The notes: generated from the letters alone by a model not told the origin. Shown: positions 16,562-26,269, numbered from the stretch's first letter. The stretch is 64,000 nucleotides of DNA from an uncultured delta proteobacterium (GCA_963716045.1 CAVQSS010000006.1:1743-65742); one strand, 5' to 3'. Program-made: numbers and translations.

Positions 16562-18478
16562 ATGGCGAATATGACTGAATCCATTAAAACCCTCCCGGGC
16601 CTGCTGAAACGCAACGCCCGGGAGTTCGGGCCGGATAAAGTGGCCCTGCGCGAGAAGGAATTCGGTATCTGGCAGTCCGTTTCCTGGCAGGACTATTTCG
16701 ACCGGATTCGAAGCCTGGCCTTAGGCCTGGTGGAACTGGGGTACGAGAAAGGCGATAAGCTCTCGGTCATCGGGGACAATCGCCCGGAGTGGCTCTATTC
16801 GGAACTGGCCATCCAGGCCTTAGGAGGGGCGGTGGTCGGGATTTACCCTGACAGCCACCTGGAGCAGGTCCGCTATATCATCGACCACTCCGATTCGGTA
16901 TTCATCATGGTGGAGGACCAGGAACAGACCGACAAGATCCTGAACATGATCGATGAGATCCCCAAGGTCAAGAAAGTTATCGTGGATGACCAGAAAGGGA
17001 TGCGCCGCTACGACCACCCGTTGCTCATTCCCCTCATGCGGGTCCTGGAGATGGGCCGGGAGGCGGACCGAAAAGATCCCGCGCTTTTTGACCGGATTCT
17101 GGATCAGGTCAGCGAAGAGGACGTGGCCATGATCCTTTATACCTCGGGGACGACGGGCCTGCCCAAAGGGGTGATGCTCACCCACCGCAACATGGTTCGG
17201 ATGATCGAAAATTTCGATCAGGTGGACCCGGCCTTCCCGACCGACAATCACGTCTCTTTTCTGCCCTTGCCCTGGGTGGGCGAACAGGCCACCGCCGTGG
17301 CCTGGAACCTGTACAAGGGCGTGACCATCAATTTTCCGGAAAAAGTGGAAACCGTCTCCGTGGACATTCGGGACATCGGTCCGAACCTCCTGCTGGCGCC
17401 GCCCCGCCACTGGGAAAAGATGTGTTCCGACATCCAGGTCAAGATCCAGGATGCGGCCTGGATCAAGCGCTTCCTTTATAAACGCTGCATGCCCGTCGGC
17501 TACCGGATGGCTGAATTTCGACTGAAAGGGACCCGACCCGGGGTTCTTTACACCCTGCTGGACAAGGCCTGTTACCTGCTGCTGTTCCGCTCGCTGAAGA
17601 ATTATCTGGGGCTGACCAACCTGCGGAATGTCTACACTGGCGGGGCCCCCATCGGGCCGGAGGTTTTTAATTTTTTCATGGCCCTGGGCATCAACATCAA
17701 GCAGCTTTACGGGCAGACCGAGGTCACCGGCCTGGCCGTGGGACACCGCAACGAAAACGTAAAATTGAATACCGTCGGCGCTCCCATGCCGGAAGTGGAA
17801 CTGAAAATTTCGGATGTGGGAGAAATCCTGATCCAAGGACCGATCGTTTTTAAAGGCTATTACAAAAACGAGGAGGCCACCCGCAAAACCCTGGACGCGG
17901 AAGGGTGGGTCCATACCGGCGATGAAGGCCTCCTGGATGAAGACGGCCAACTGGTCATGATCGACCGGCAGAAAGACGTGATGCGTCTGGGAGACGGCAG
18001 CAAGTTTTCCCCCCAGCTTATTGAAAACAAGTTGAAATTCAGCCCGTATATCAACGAAGCCATGGTGGTGGGCAAGGATCGCCCTTACATCGCGGCCCTG
18101 ATCATCATGGATCTGGGCAACATGGGCAAATGGGCGGAAAACCACAAGATGACCTTTACCACCTTTACCGATCTCTCCCAGAAACCGGAAGTCTACGACC
18201 TGATCGCCGAAGAGATTCGGCAGATCAACCGGTCCCTGCCCAAGGTGGCCCGGGTGAAGCGCTTCGTAATGCTCTATAAGGAATTGGACGCCGACGACGA
18301 CGAGATGACCCGGACCCGAAAGCTCCGGCGGGGCTTCGTGGCCGAACGCTACGCCAATCTGATCGAGGCCCTTTACGAAGACCAGGAGGAACTGGCGGTG
18401 GAGTCCGAGATCCGCTATCAGGACGGGACCGGGTTTACCATGAAGACCCAAGTCAGGATCAAAGAGGTTAAGGACTAA
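16562..18478 (+). CDS. AMP-binding long-chain acyl-CoA synthetase family protein
   Basis: YTSGTTGLPKGV (AMP-binding motif), GQTEVTG and TGDEG. Length 638 aa. Confidence 0.85.
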   Translation: MANMTESIKTLPGLLKRNAREFGPDKVALREKEFGIWQSVSWQDYFDRIRSLALGLVELGYEKGDKLSVIGDNRPEWLYSELAIQALGGAVVGIYPDSHLEQVRYIIDHSDSVFIMVEDQEQTDKILNMIDEIPKVKKVIVDDQKGMRRYDHPLLIPLMRVLEMGREADRKDPALFDRILDQVSEEDVAMILYTSGTTGLPKGVMLTHRNMVRMIENFDQVDPAFPTDNHVSFLPLPWVGEQATAVAWNLYKGVTINFPEKVETVSVDIRDIGPNLLLAPPRHWEKMCSDIQVKIQDAAWIKRFLYKRCMPVGYRMAEFRLKGTRPGVLYTLLDKACYLLLFRSLKNYLGLTNLRNVYTGGAPIGPEVFNFFMALGINIKQLYGQTEVTGLAVGHRNENVKLNTVGAPMPEVELKISDVGEILIQGPIVFKGYYKNEEATRKTLDAEGWVHTGDEGLLDEDGQLVMIDRQKDVMRLGDGSKFSPQLIENKLKFSPYINEAMVVGKDRPYIAALIIMDLGNMGKWAENHKMTFTTFTDLSQKPEVYDLIAEEIRQINRSLPKVARVKRFVMLYKELDADDDEMTRTRKLRRGFVAERYANLIEALYEDQEELAVESEIRYQDGTGFTMKTQVRIKEVKD

Positions 18479-18483
18479 CCAAA

Positions 18484-18530
18484 CATATTTGAATTTATGG
18501 CTCAAATTCGAAACTCGAAATCCGATTTGA
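18484..18530. repeat. family D unit (AAATTCGAAACTCGAAATCCGATTT)
   Basis: Short hairpin TTTGAATTT...AAATTCGAA plus family D units, between the acyl-CoA ligase gene and livG. Confidence 0.55.
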
Positions 18531-18548
18531 AGAAGTAAGGTTATTATA

Positions 18549-19373
18549 ATGACTCAGGCCCAAAATCCCTACTCCCCCGATGAATATCAATTGATCATTG
18601 AGGATATCACTCTGACCTTCGGGGGGATCAACGCCCTTTCCGGGGTCAGCACCGGGGTAAAGAAGGGAGAAATCTTCGCCATTATCGGGCCCAACGGGGC
18701 CGGAAAAACCTGTATCCTCAACTGCATCAACCGCTTTTATCATCCCGAACAGGGGCGGATCCTCTTTGAAGGCCTGGAGATCACCCAGGCCAAGGCCCAT
18801 AAAATCGCCCAACTGGGGATCGCCCGGACCTTCCAGAATGTGGAGCTTTTCGGCCACATGACGGTGATGGACAATATTAAACTCGGCCGCCATGTCCATT
18901 TGAAGTCCGGTTTTCTCTCCGGTGGAATTTATTACGGCAAAACCCGACGGGAAGAGATGGCCCTGCGAAAAGAGATCGAAGAAACGATCATCGATTTGCT
19001 GGAAATCGAGGCCATCCGCAAACGGACCGTCCATACGCTGCCCTACGGGCTGCAGAAGCGGGTGGAGCTGGCCCGGGCCCTGGCCATGAAGCCCAAACTG
19101 CTCCTGCTGGACGAACCGGCCACCGGCATGAACCTGGAGGAAACGGAAGACATGGCCCGTTTTATCCTGGACATCAACGATGAATGGGGGGTGACCATCA
19201 TCCTGATCGAGCACGACATGGGCATGGTCATGGACATCAGCGACCGGATCTGCGTCCTCGATTTCGGGCGCAAGATTGCCGAGGGCCCTCCCCAGGAAAT
19301 CCGGCACAATCCGCAGGTCATCCAGGCCTATCTGGGAGAGGAAACGCTGGCTTACTCGCGGTTGGGCGCTTAG
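18549..19373 (+). CDS. livG: ABC transporter ATP-binding protein (LivG family)
   Basis: Walker A GPNGAGKT, signature LPYGLQKRVE, Walker B LLLLDEP. Confidence 0.9.
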   Translation: MTQAQNPYSPDEYQLIIEDITLTFGGINALSGVSTGVKKGEIFAIIGPNGAGKTCILNCINRFYHPEQGRILFEGLEITQAKAHKIAQLGIARTFQNVELFGHMTVMDNIKLGRHVHLKSGFLSGGIYYGKTRREEMALRKEIEETIIDLLEIEAIRKRTVHTLPYGLQKRVELARALAMKPKLLLLDEPATGMNLEETEDMARFILDINDEWGVTIILIEHDMGMVMDISDRICVLDFGRKIAEGPPQEIRHNPQVIQAYLGEETLAYSRLGA

Positions 19374-19573
19374 CGCGGAGCGCAGAGCGCAGAGAGAAAG
19401 ACGCAGAGCGCAGGGCGCAGAGCGCGGAGCGCCGGAGGAAAAAATAAATGAAAGATGACTTCAAGCCGGTGCCATGAAATCGCAAAAATGCAAAACAATA
19501 TCTTTTGATTTTTTTTTTAATGGTTTTTACGCCCTGCGCTCTGCGCTCCGCGCTCCGCGCTCCGCGTTTTTTT
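19366..19573. repeat. intercistronic long hairpin with GCGCAGA/GCGCGGA tandem-unit arms, ending in a T7 run
   Basis: Arm 19366-19432 overlaps the livG stop. Arm 19530-19566 is complementary and is followed by TTTTTTT (19567-19573), 10 nt before the livF ATG. The spacer is ~95 nt and AT-rich. Confidence 0.7.
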
Positions 19574-19583
19574 AGGCGAAGCC

Positions 19584-20387
19584 ATGGATCCTATACTGGT
19601 CGTCAACAATATCGAAGTCATCTACCATAACGTCATCCTGGTCTTGAAGGGGCTTTCCCTGCAGGTCCAGGAAGGCCAGATCGTGACCGTCCTGGGCAGC
19701 AACGGGGCCGGGAAGACCACTACCTTGAAGGCCATTTCCGGCTTGCTGAAATCCGAAGACGGGGCCGTAACCGACGGCAGCATCACCTTTATGGGCCAGC
19801 GCATCGACCGTCTTTATCCGGAGCAGATTGTGCGCAGGGGCATTTTCCAGGTCATGGAAGGCCGCCGGGTTTTCGACGAATTGAATATCGAGGAAAACCT
19901 GATTGCCGGGGCCCACACCAATAAAAATAAAAAGAAAATGAAAGACGACATCGAGGTGGTTTACCACTACTTCCCCCGGTTGAAGCAGCGCCGCACCGTC
20001 CAGGCCGGCTATATCAGCGGGGGGGAGCAGCAGATGCTGGTCATCGGCCGCTGCCTCATGGCCAACCCCAAACTGATGCTGCTCGACGAACCCTCCATGG
20101 GTCTCGCCCCCCTGTTAGTGGGCGAGATCTTCGAGATCATCAAGCGGATCAACCGGGAGCGGGGGGTGACCATCCTGCTGGTGGAACAGAATGCCCGACT
20201 GGCTCTCTCCATTGCCCACCACGGCTACGTGATGGAAACCGGGCGGATCGTCCTGGACGACACGGTGGAGAAACTAAAAGAAAACGCCGATATCAAGGAA
20301 TTCTATCTCGGTTTGACGGAGGTGGGGAAAACCAAAAGTTACCGGGACGTGAAGCACTATAAGCGTCGCAAGCGCTGGCTGGCCTGA
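19584..20387 (+). CDS. livF: ABC transporter ATP-binding protein (LivF family)
   Basis: Walker A GSNGAGKTT, signature ISGGEQQML, Walker B LMLLDEPS. Confidence 0.9.
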   Translation: MDPILVVNNIEVIYHNVILVLKGLSLQVQEGQIVTVLGSNGAGKTTTLKAISGLLKSEDGAVTDGSITFMGQRIDRLYPEQIVRRGIFQVMEGRRVFDELNIEENLIAGAHTNKNKKKMKDDIEVVYHYFPRLKQRRTVQAGYISGGEQQMLVIGRCLMANPKLMLLDEPSMGLAPLLVGEIFEIIKRINRERGVTILLVEQNARLALSIAHHGYVMETGRIVLDDTVEKLKENADIKEFYLGLTEVGKTKSYRDVKHYKRRKRWLA

Positions 20388-20460
20388 CCCGGGCCTTTCC
20401 GCACTTATCGAGAAAATGGAGTAATTTTTTCTTCGACACCGTTTCCATTTCCACGGAGTA

Positions 20461-20497
20461 AAAAAAAAGGCCTCCAACCGAGCCTTGGAGGCCTTTT
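20461..20497. terminator. bidirectional rho-independent terminator between convergent livF and pilin genes
   Basis: A8, then a 9-bp stem GGCCTCCAA / TTGGAGGCC, then T4. Confidence 0.7.
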
Positions 20498-20518
20498 AAA
20501 CAATAGCAAGTCTGCTGT

Positions 20519-20890
20519 TTAAGGGAAAGCCGGAACACAAGCCTGGGTAATATTGGCCGGGGTGGCCCAGGTGGCCGTACATACCCTTCCGTCGGGGAAG
20601 GTCGCTGTCCAGGGACCGGCGCCGGCGAGAATTCCCTTTTCCGCCAACTGGGCATCCACCAAGGCGGCACTGGGGACCAACGGCGGGTTAGCAACCATGG
20701 CATTGGCATACGCCAGCGAAGCCGCGGCCCGGATCGAACCGACCATGCCATCCCAGGACGCCCTTTCGGCCTGGACACGCAGATCCAGGTACCGGGGTAT
20801 GGCGATGGCCGCCAGAATCCCGATGATCACGATGACTACGATCAATTCGATCATGGTAAAACCTTTGTTGTTCTTCAATCCTTTTGTCAT
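20519..20890 (-). CDS. type IV pilin / pseudopilin with prepilin N-terminal methylation motif
   Basis: MTKGLKNNKGFTMIELIVVIVIIGILAAIAIPRY. AGGAGGAAAG SD. C-terminal Cys pair. Confidence 0.8.
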   Translation of the reverse strand: MTKGLKNNKGFTMIELIVVIVIIGILAAIAIPRYLDLRVQAERASWDGMVGSIRAAASLAYANAMVANPPLVPSAALVDAQLAEKGILAGAGPWTATFPDGRVCTATWATPANITQACVPAFP

Positions 20891-20936
20891 TTTACTTTCC
20901 TCCTTTTTTATTTGTATTTCTGTTGCTAATTTTTAA

Positions 20937-21315
20937 TCAGGGAGACGGATCGCCGATGGTGGCCGGAAACCCATATACCCAGGTATAGGTGGTTCCGTTG
21001 ATCGTGGCCGAAAAAGTGTTTCCCCCCAGTGTTATTCCTCCCGGCGCAGCCAGGGCCTGATAGACCGCATTCGCGTCCAGGGTGCCGATGGTGTTGTTGA
21101 TCGCCGCCTGGGCATAGGCCAGAGAGGCTGCCGACCGCAGGTTCGAGGTCAGCCCGTCCCGAACGGAACGCTGGGCCTGGGCCTGTAAATCCATAAACCG
21201 GGGAACGGCTATTGAGGCCAAAATCCCGATGATCACGATCACCACGAGCAGTTCGATCATGGTGAACCCCTGATCATGGCGGCCAGTTTTCTGATTCGAG
21301 GCCTTTGCTTTGCAT
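20937..21315 (-). CDS. second type IV pilin-like protein (frameshifted at T-run 21287-21290)
   Basis: The ORF 20937-21260 begins inside the conserved segment MIELLVVIVIIGILASIAVPRF. The leader MQSKGLESE..GRHDQGFT is recovered from ATG 21315 if one base of the run is removed. The exact start is uncertain. Confidence 0.65.
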
Positions 21316-21420
21316 TTTGAAGATCGGATATCAAACTCCTCTTATATTCTTTAGGCCGCCCGACCCGTTCTACCGTTATATCGGCCCCTCTTTTCAGTCC
21401 CTTTAATCTTTTTATAATAA

Positions 21421-22659
21421 TTATTTTTTTTGGGCTAATTTGGTCAGGTCCCACATAGGCAGAAAGATCCCCAAGGCCAGGAACAAAACCATGGCTCCCA
21501 TGCCGATAACCAATATGGGTTCGAGCATGGAAGTCAAATTCTTGACCCCATAGTCCACTTCCCGGTCGTAATAGTCAGAGACTTTGCCCAGGACGCGGTC
21601 CAAGGCCCCCGAGGACTCCCCGATGGCGAACATATGGTAGACCAGGGGGGGAAAGACCTGGGAGCGCCGCATCCGCTCCCACATATCCGCCCCTTCCTTC
21701 ACCCCTTCCTTGACCTCATTGACCTTAGAGGTCAAATAGGAATTGCCAAAGGTCTTGGCCGAGATATCCAGGTTCAGGATAACCGGCAGACCGCTGTTGT
21801 AAAGATTCACGAAGGTCCGAACGAACCGGGACATGTAAATCTTCATAAAAAGCTGGCCAAAGACGGGGAATCGCAGTTTGATTCGATCCCACCACATGAG
21901 CCCTTTGGGGGTCCTCAATAGCAGCTTGAATCCGATCCAGACACCGACCACCAGCATGGTCACCCAGTACCAGTAATCCCGAAAATACACACTCAGATTC
22001 ATCAGTATTTTTGTCGGCAGCGGCAGATCCAGTTTAGAGGCCTTAAAGATCCCCATGAACTTGGGGACAATAAAGGTGACCGCCAGAACGAAGGCCCCGG
22101 CCATGGCTATGACCACGAATTTGGGATACCGGGTAGCCGACTTGATATCGGCCCGGATCTTGATTTCAAAATCCACCAGATTGGCCAGTCGATCAAAAAC
22201 CAACTCCAGGTTTCCCGAAGATTCCCCGGACTCGATCAGGCTGACGTACAGTTGGTCAAACACCTTGGGGAACTTGGCCATGGCTACGGATAGATTCTTG
22301 CCTTCCTTGATCTGTTCGACGATCTCCCGAATAATCTGCTGGAAGTAGGGATTGGTGGTCTGTTCCCCCAGCAGGGTGAGGGAGTTTTGAATGGGGACAC
22401 CGGCGCCATACAGGGTCCCCAGTTGTCGGGAAAAATAGACCAACTCTTTCAGGTTAACGGTATTCTTGTACTGATGCAGTTTGCGGGACAACCAGACCAT
22501 CAGCGGGGGAGCACCCTGCTCGGAAACCGGCTGAATATTGACCGGTATAAAACCCATTTCCCCGATCTTGGTGACGATGAAGGCCTTGTCCCGCCCCTCC
22601 AGTTGCCCGGAGACCAGTTTGCCCGAGTGATCCCGGGCCTTATACGCGAAAACCGCCAT
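21421..22659 (-). CDS. pilC: type II secretion system F family / type IV pilus assembly protein PilC
   Basis: 412 aa with duplicated GspF domains and 3 TM segments. Confidence 0.9.
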   Translation of the reverse strand: MAVFAYKARDHSGKLVSGQLEGRDKAFIVTKIGEMGFIPVNIQPVSEQGAPPLMVWLSRKLHQYKNTVNLKELVYFSRQLGTLYGAGVPIQNSLTLLGEQTTNPYFQQIIREIVEQIKEGKNLSVAMAKFPKVFDQLYVSLIESGESSGNLELVFDRLANLVDFEIKIRADIKSATRYPKFVVIAMAGAFVLAVTFIVPKFMGIFKASKLDLPLPTKILMNLSVYFRDYWYWVTMLVVGVWIGFKLLLRTPKGLMWWDRIKLRFPVFGQLFMKIYMSRFVRTFVNLYNSGLPVILNLDISAKTFGNSYLTSKVNEVKEGVKEGADMWERMRRSQVFPPLVYHMFAIGESSGALDRVLGKVSDYYDREVDYGVKNLTSMLEPILVIGMGAMVLFLALGIFLPMWDLTKLAQKK

Positions 22660-22684
22660 ACCGTTTCCCCTTAACCATTTGAGA

Positions 22685-22714
22685 TTAATAATTTATAATT
22701 GATTATTAATTATT
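22685..22714. repeat. family A AT-rich repeat
   Basis: ttaataatttataattgattattaattatt, between pilB and pilC. Confidence 0.7.
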
Positions 22715-24395
22715 TCGGCAATTCCCGGAGCGTCACCCGGTTCAGTTCTTCAACCGAGGTGATCCCCTTTATCACTTTGGCCACCCCGTCTTCCCGCAGC
22801 GTCTTCATGCCCTGGGTACGGCGCGCGGTTTCGGCCACCAAGGCGGGAGAAGCCTTTTGCAGCATCAATTCCTTGATTTCGGGATCCGCGATCAGTAATT
22901 CATAAAGCCCCAGGCGGCCCCGATACCCGGAATTTTTGCAGAGCCGGCAGCCTTTGGGCTGCTGCAGGACCAATTCTCTATTAGTGGGGAACCCCAGATC
23001 TACCAGATTTTCCGGGGTGGCCTGATACGATTCTTTGCATTCCGGACAGAGCTTCCGGATCAGCCGCTGGGCCAGCACTCCTTCGACGGAGGAGGCGATC
23101 AAAAATGGAGGGATGCCCATCTCCCCCAAACGGATTAAAGTGCTGGGGGCGTCGTTGGTATGGATGGTGCTGAAGACCAGGTGTCCGGTCAGTGCCGCCT
23201 GCACGGCAATATTGGCGGTTTCCCCGTCCCGGATTTCACCAACCATCACGATATCGGGGTCCTGCCGGAGTATGGACCTCAGCCCGCCGGCAAAGGTCAG
23301 CCCGGCCTTGGGGTTGACCTGGGCCTGGCGAATACCCTGAAGGCGGTATTCAACCGGGTCCTCCAGGGTGATTACATTTTTTTGCGGGTCGTTGATGCTG
23401 TTCAAGGTGGCGTACAGGGTAGTGGTCTTCCCGCTCCCGGTAGGCCCGGTGACCAGCACGAACCCGTAAGGGATATGGATCAGATAAAGAAATTTTTTGA
23501 AATCTTCCGGCAGGAAGCCCAGGTCTTCCAGGGTTAATAGGATACTGGACTGATCCAGGAGCCGCAGGACCACATTTTCACCGTGAATGGTCGGAAAACT
23601 GGATACCCGAACGTCAATATTATGACTATTGGAGGAAAAATGGAATCGGCCGTCCTGAGGGCTTCGCCGTTCGGCAATGTCCAACTTGGACATTATTTTA
23701 ATCCTGGAAGTCACCGGATTGGTGTACTTGCCCTGCAGGGGTGTGGTTTCCCGGAGCATGCCGTCCACCCGGTAGCGGATGCGCAACTGGTTTTCTTCCG
23801 GTTCAATATGGATGTCGCTGGCCCGGTCCCGAACCGCCTCAGAGAGGATCAGGTTCACCAGTTGGCTGATCGGGCCCTCTTCAATTTCTTCTTCGACCTT
23901 GGCTGAATCTTCATCTTCCTCCGCGGAGACGGACTCCACCGAAGATTGGTTCCGGGATAATAACGACCCCCCGTACAATTCCTCGATGGCCCGCTGGATC
24001 TCTTCTTCCAGGGCGATCACCGGTATGATAGTCAGCTTGGTCCGGATGGACAACTCGTCGATGGCCAGGATGTTGAGCGGGTCGGACATGGCCACGGTGA
24101 GCGACTTGCCGTCTTCCCGGATCGGGACCAATGTGTAATTTTCGGCCACGGTTTGCGGGACCAGCAGGATCAGTTTCTTGTCGATGGTCTGACTCGACAA
24201 ATCAATATAGGGAATGCGCAACTGTTGCGAGAGGGTCCGCATGATATCTTCTTCCGCAACGAAACCCTGTTTAATCAACAGCCGACCCAATCGTTCCCGG
24301 GTGACCTTCTGCAAGGCAATGGCCTCTTCCAGCTTTCCCTGATCGATCAAGCCGGCTTCCAGTAAAATGTCACCCAGGCGCTTCTTTGCAATCAT
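22710..24395 (-). CDS. pilB: GspE/PilB family type IV pilus assembly ATPase
   Basis: Walker A GPTGSGKTTT, LEDPVEY, GEIRD, and a C-terminal CPxC...C..C zinc motif. Length 561 aa. Confidence 0.9.
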   Translation of the reverse strand: MIAKKRLGDILLEAGLIDQGKLEEAIALQKVTRERLGRLLIKQGFVAEEDIMRTLSQQLRIPYIDLSSQTIDKKLILLVPQTVAENYTLVPIREDGKSLTVAMSDPLNILAIDELSIRTKLTIIPVIALEEEIQRAIEELYGGSLLSRNQSSVESVSAEEDEDSAKVEEEIEEGPISQLVNLILSEAVRDRASDIHIEPEENQLRIRYRVDGMLRETTPLQGKYTNPVTSRIKIMSKLDIAERRSPQDGRFHFSSNSHNIDVRVSSFPTIHGENVVLRLLDQSSILLTLEDLGFLPEDFKKFLYLIHIPYGFVLVTGPTGSGKTTTLYATLNSINDPQKNVITLEDPVEYRLQGIRQAQVNPKAGLTFAGGLRSILRQDPDIVMVGEIRDGETANIAVQAALTGHLVFSTIHTNDAPSTLIRLGEMGIPPFLIASSVEGVLAQRLIRKLCPECKESYQATPENLVDLGFPTNRELVLQQPKGCRLCKNSGYRGRLGLYELLIADPEIKELMLQKASPALVAETARRTQGMKTLREDGVAKVIKGITSVEELNRVTLRELPK

Positions 24396-24610
24396 ATCCA
24401 GACGCTTCCCCCTAAAATCGATCCTTTATACTTGGACTCCCTATTTGGAACCCTATCGAGCTCCTTATTTGCAAGATCCATTCCTAATGAAAATTGCCGG
24501 ATATCAATCATCTAATCGGCAAAGAGGTCCAAACCCTTTACTTCCATCCCTATTATTTGTATCGCCTCGGTGAATTTTCATGCTATAGTTAAAACAAATC
24601 AGTAAGTTCA

Positions 24611-25603
24611 ATGAGGAATATTCTTTTGAGAAGACCGGCGCAAAACCCCCAAAAACCTTTAAGGGCCTTGGGAGTCGATTTAGGCGGAACACGAATAAAA
24701 GTCGGAGTGGTGGACGAACAGGGTCGGCTGTCTAATTTTAAAAAATTTTTTACCCGCGTGGACTTAGGCCGGGAAGCCCTGATCCGAAGGATCATCCGGA
24801 TCGTTCAAAAGAGTCTATCGGAGGATGCTGACTCCCAAAACCCCCCGGCGGCCATAGGCCTGGGAGCTGCCGGGATGATCGATGTCCGGAAGGGCCTGGT
24901 ACTCCTCTCCCCCAATTTCCCGGACTGGCAGCATGTTCCCCTGGCCCGATTGATCAGCGAAGAAACCGGGCTCCCTGCCTTTTTGGATAACGATGCCAAC
25001 GCCGTCACCTATGGAGAAAAATGGGTCGGCGCCGGGAAAGATATGAACAATTTTGCCTGCTTAACCTTGGGCACGGGAGTGGGCAGCGGACTTATGCTTG
25101 ACGGCCGCTTGTGGTATGGAAGTCAGGGAAGCGGGCCGGAAATCGGCCACATGACCATCCATCCCCGGGGCCGGCGCTGTTTGTGCGGCAATCGGGGTTG
25201 TCTGGAAACCCTCGCTTCCGCCGGTTGGCTGGTGAAAACGGCCGCAAAGAAAATGGGAGCTAATCCCCTCTTGAAAGACCGGACGGGCTTCACTTCCAAG
25301 GACCTTTACCGGCAGGCGCTTCAAGGGGACCTTTTTTGCCGGGGCCTCTTTGAAAACCTGGGAGAGGTCCTGGGGATTGCCATTGCCAACTTGACCCATA
25401 TCCTGAGCCTGGAGGGGGTCGTTTTGGGAGGAGGTCTCAGCCGATCGGCTACTATTTTCTTGCCTTCTTTGAAGAAAGAATTTAAAAAGCGGTTAACGCT
25501 GGTCGCCCCCGAAAAAATTAAAATACGCGTCTCCCGGTTGCAGGAAAAAGGCGGGGTCCTGGGGGCCGCCGGAATCGCCCTGGAACGATTAAATAAAGGA
25601 TAA
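24611..25603 (+). CDS. ROK family glucokinase/sugar kinase
   Basis: LGVDLGGTRIKVGVV and the ROK zinc motif GHMTIHPRGRRCLCGNRGCLE. Confidence 0.85.
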   Translation: MRNILLRRPAQNPQKPLRALGVDLGGTRIKVGVVDEQGRLSNFKKFFTRVDLGREALIRRIIRIVQKSLSEDADSQNPPAAIGLGAAGMIDVRKGLVLLSPNFPDWQHVPLARLISEETGLPAFLDNDANAVTYGEKWVGAGKDMNNFACLTLGTGVGSGLMLDGRLWYGSQGSGPEIGHMTIHPRGRRCLCGNRGCLETLASAGWLVKTAAKKMGANPLLKDRTGFTSKDLYRQALQGDLFCRGLFENLGEVLGIAIANLTHILSLEGVVLGGGLSRSATIFLPSLKKEFKKRLTLVAPEKIKIRVSRLQEKGGVLGAAGIALERLNKG

Positions 25604-25606
25604 CCA

Positions 25607-26269
25607 ATGGCTGCTCAAAAAAAATCCATTAGCCGAAAAGAACTGCTGAAGAAACCGGATGAGTTTATTACCACTTCCAATAAAATCGCCAATTGGGTCA
25701 CGGCCCACTACCAGAAGGTTATTTGGATGGGGGCGGTTCTCGTTCTGGGAGCGGGGGCCTTTTTTGGCTACCGGGCCTATGACGCCCACCAGGAAAGACA
25801 AGGCCGGGAGGCCTATTTCACCGCCCTGGAAATGTCGGACATCCCCCAAAGAATAAAGAAATTATCGAGTGTCACCACCGATTATTCCGGCACTCAGGGC
25901 GCCCAAAAAGCCTGGATCTCCCTGGGACATCTTTATTATCAGCAGAAAGACTTCACCGGGGCGTTGAACGCCTACCGATCGGCCTTGAGCCGGGGGAAAC
26001 TCCCCCCGGAATTTCAGTCCCTGATCAATGAAAGCCTGGCCTACGTTCTGGAAGAGAAAGGGGACCTCAAAGGGGCCGCCGACGCTTTCAGTCAATTACT
26101 GAAAGGATCCGATCCCTTGCTCAAAGAAAACGCGAATTTGAACCTGGCCAGGGTTCAGGTCAAGCTGGGCCAAACCAAAGAAGCTAAGAGCACCTATCAG
26201 GCCTTCCTCAAATCCTTCCCCGATTCCATTTATGCCCCTTTGGTCAGAGACCGGTTGGCCAAGATGTGA
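25607..26269 (+). CDS. TPR-repeat membrane-anchored protein (YfgM-like)
   Basis: One N-terminal TM segment (VIWMGAVLVLGAGAFFGY) followed by TPR-like repeats. Confidence 0.6.
   Translation: MAAQKKSISRKELLKKPDEFITTSNKIANWVTAHYQKVIWMGAVLVLGAGAFFGYRAYDAHQERQGREAYFTALEMSDIPQRIKKLSSVTTDYSGTQGAQKAWISLGHLYYQQKDFTGALNAYRSALSRGKLPPEFQSLINESLAYVLEEKGDLKGAADAFSQLLKGSDPLLKENANLNLARVQVKLGQTKEAKSTYQAFLKSFPDSIYAPLVRDRLAKM

Noticed and set aside
16820-18505. Very long antisense ORFs: 16820-18505 (561 aa), 13785-14741, 11455-12312, 15316-16194, 61977-63044, 58160-58939, 59423-60172 and 10501-11163.
   Set aside because: They lie opposite genes with clear family motifs. Their translations are low-complexity (Gly/Arg/Pro/His-rich) with no motifs. 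These are typical shadow ORFs of GC-rich DNA.
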